Source: an uncultured Methanoregulaceae archaeon (lineage in GTDB: Archaea > Halobacteriota > Methanomicrobia > Methanomicrobiales > Methanospirillaceae). Taken from it: 64,000 bases of DNA. Positions within the stretch are counted from its first letter, which is position 1. Each line of letters starts with the position of its first letter. The notes beneath the pieces are model-generated. The model was not told where the DNA came from. It saw only the letters and a program-made list of their open reading frames with translations, and did not search any database. The position numbers and the translations under genes are program-made. Below are positions 63,146 to 64,000 of the stretch, piece by piece. The stretch is taken from positions 1,856,001-1,920,000 of the forward strand of contig CAVTTL010000001.1 in the NCBI GenBank assembly GCA_963737635.1, in the 5' to 3' direction.

Positions 63146-64000
63146 ATGGACGACAAGCGCCCCAATACGCATAACCAGAAAACCACCGATTTCGCGTTCC
63201 ACACGGCGACGGAGGCAGAGGTCATGGCAACCCTTAAGACCTCAGATCATGGCCTTACCTCAGCTGAAGCTTCCGCACGGCTTGAACAGTACGGGCCAAA
63301 CGATGTCGCCCGGATCCGCCAGCGTCCGATTATACTGCAGTTCCTTGAGCACTTTAAAAATTTCCTCGTGATCATCCTTCTGTTCGCCGCTGTAATCTCC
63401 GCATTCACTGGTGGGATCATCAGTGCCGTAATCATCATCATTATCGTGCTCATCAGTGTCACCATCGATTTTTTCCAAGAATACAAAGCCGGGCATGCAG
63501 CTGAACTGCTCCGGAAGAAAATTATAACCAACGCGACGGTCCTCCGGAACGGTAAGGAACAGGAACTACCCATTTTCGATCTCGTTCCCGGTGATATTAT
63601 CTCCCTGTCTGCCGGGGATATCGTTCCGGCAGATGCCCGGATGCTGTCAGGCCGGGATTTATACGTAAACCAGTCCGCCCTGACCGGTGAACCCTACCCC
63701 GTCGAGAAGATGCCATCGGTCCCGGATCCGGCAAAATCCCTGACAGAAGCGGAGAACTATATTTTCCTTGGGACATCGGTCGTAAGCGGCACCGCTACTG
63801 CTGTCGTGACAAAGACCGGCCCTGCTACGGAATTTGGCAGTGTCGCAAAGACCCTTGTAGCACGTCCCCCGGAGACAGAGTTCGAACGCGGCCTCAAGCA
63901 CTTCAGTTACCTGATGACACAGTTTGTGTTTTCCCTCGTTGTCTTTGTGTTCTTCGTCAACGCTCTTTTCAAACATGACATCCTTGAGTCGCTGCTCTTT
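63146..64000 (+). CDS. mgtA: magnesium-translocating P-type ATPase (runs off the window end)
   Basis: Manual translation: GLTSAEASARLEQYGPN, FFQEYKA, LVPGD..AGDIVPAD, NQSALTGEPYPVEK, TEFERG. Confidence 0.85.
   Translation, partial: MDDKRPNTHNQKTTDFAFHTATEAEVMATLKTSDHGLTSAEASARLEQYGPNDVARIRQRPIILQFLEHFKNFLVIILLFAAVISAFTGGIISAVIIIIIVLISVTIDFFQEYKAGHAAELLRKKIITNATVLRNGKEQELPIFDLVPGDIISLSAGDIVPADARMLSGRDLYVNQSALTGEPYPVEKMPSVPDPAKSLTEAENYIFLGTSVVSGTATAVVTKTGPATEFGSVAKTLVARPPETEFERGLKHFSYLMTQFVFSLVVFVFFVNALFKHDILESLLF

Overview
Chromosomal window of a methanogenic archaeon. Gene content (aTrm56, TFE, aIF-1A, DUF39-CBS/NIL-Fer homocysteine genes, PGF-pre-PGF proteins ending RRWWIRRQNPALF) points to Methanomicrobiales, probably Methanoregulaceae; this is inference. 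1-28 kb is mostly housekeeping: hemA, sirC, tRNA-Gly, a two-component cluster, a P-type H+-ATPase, hisH, alaS, sulfur-assimilation genes, the tfe cluster and tRNA-Leu. It also holds an unannotated 27-aa Lys/Ala/Pro micro-protein. 29-59 kb is an accessory region with an ECF transporter operon, a stand-alone TiaS-like catalytic core, an ABC-ATPase/UreG-like GTPase/Fe-S trio, a Tfx regulator, about ten toxin-antitoxin modules or relics, and several large secreted proteins. An uncharacterised ~230-aa extracellular domain with a conserved His occurs five times there: as a soluble protein, on PKD stalks of different lengths, and as a circularly permuted copy inside the ECF operon. This arrangement suggests a surface-to-membrane metal or cofactor capture relay and is the main finding. 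Many genes in 33-59 kb are split by single-base frameshifts, which may be sequencing errors. 59-64 kb carries an amidohydrolase, DUF4013, a degenerate PP2C, aIF-1A and the start of a Mg2+ P-type ATPase. All family calls come from motif recognition by eye; no database search was run.
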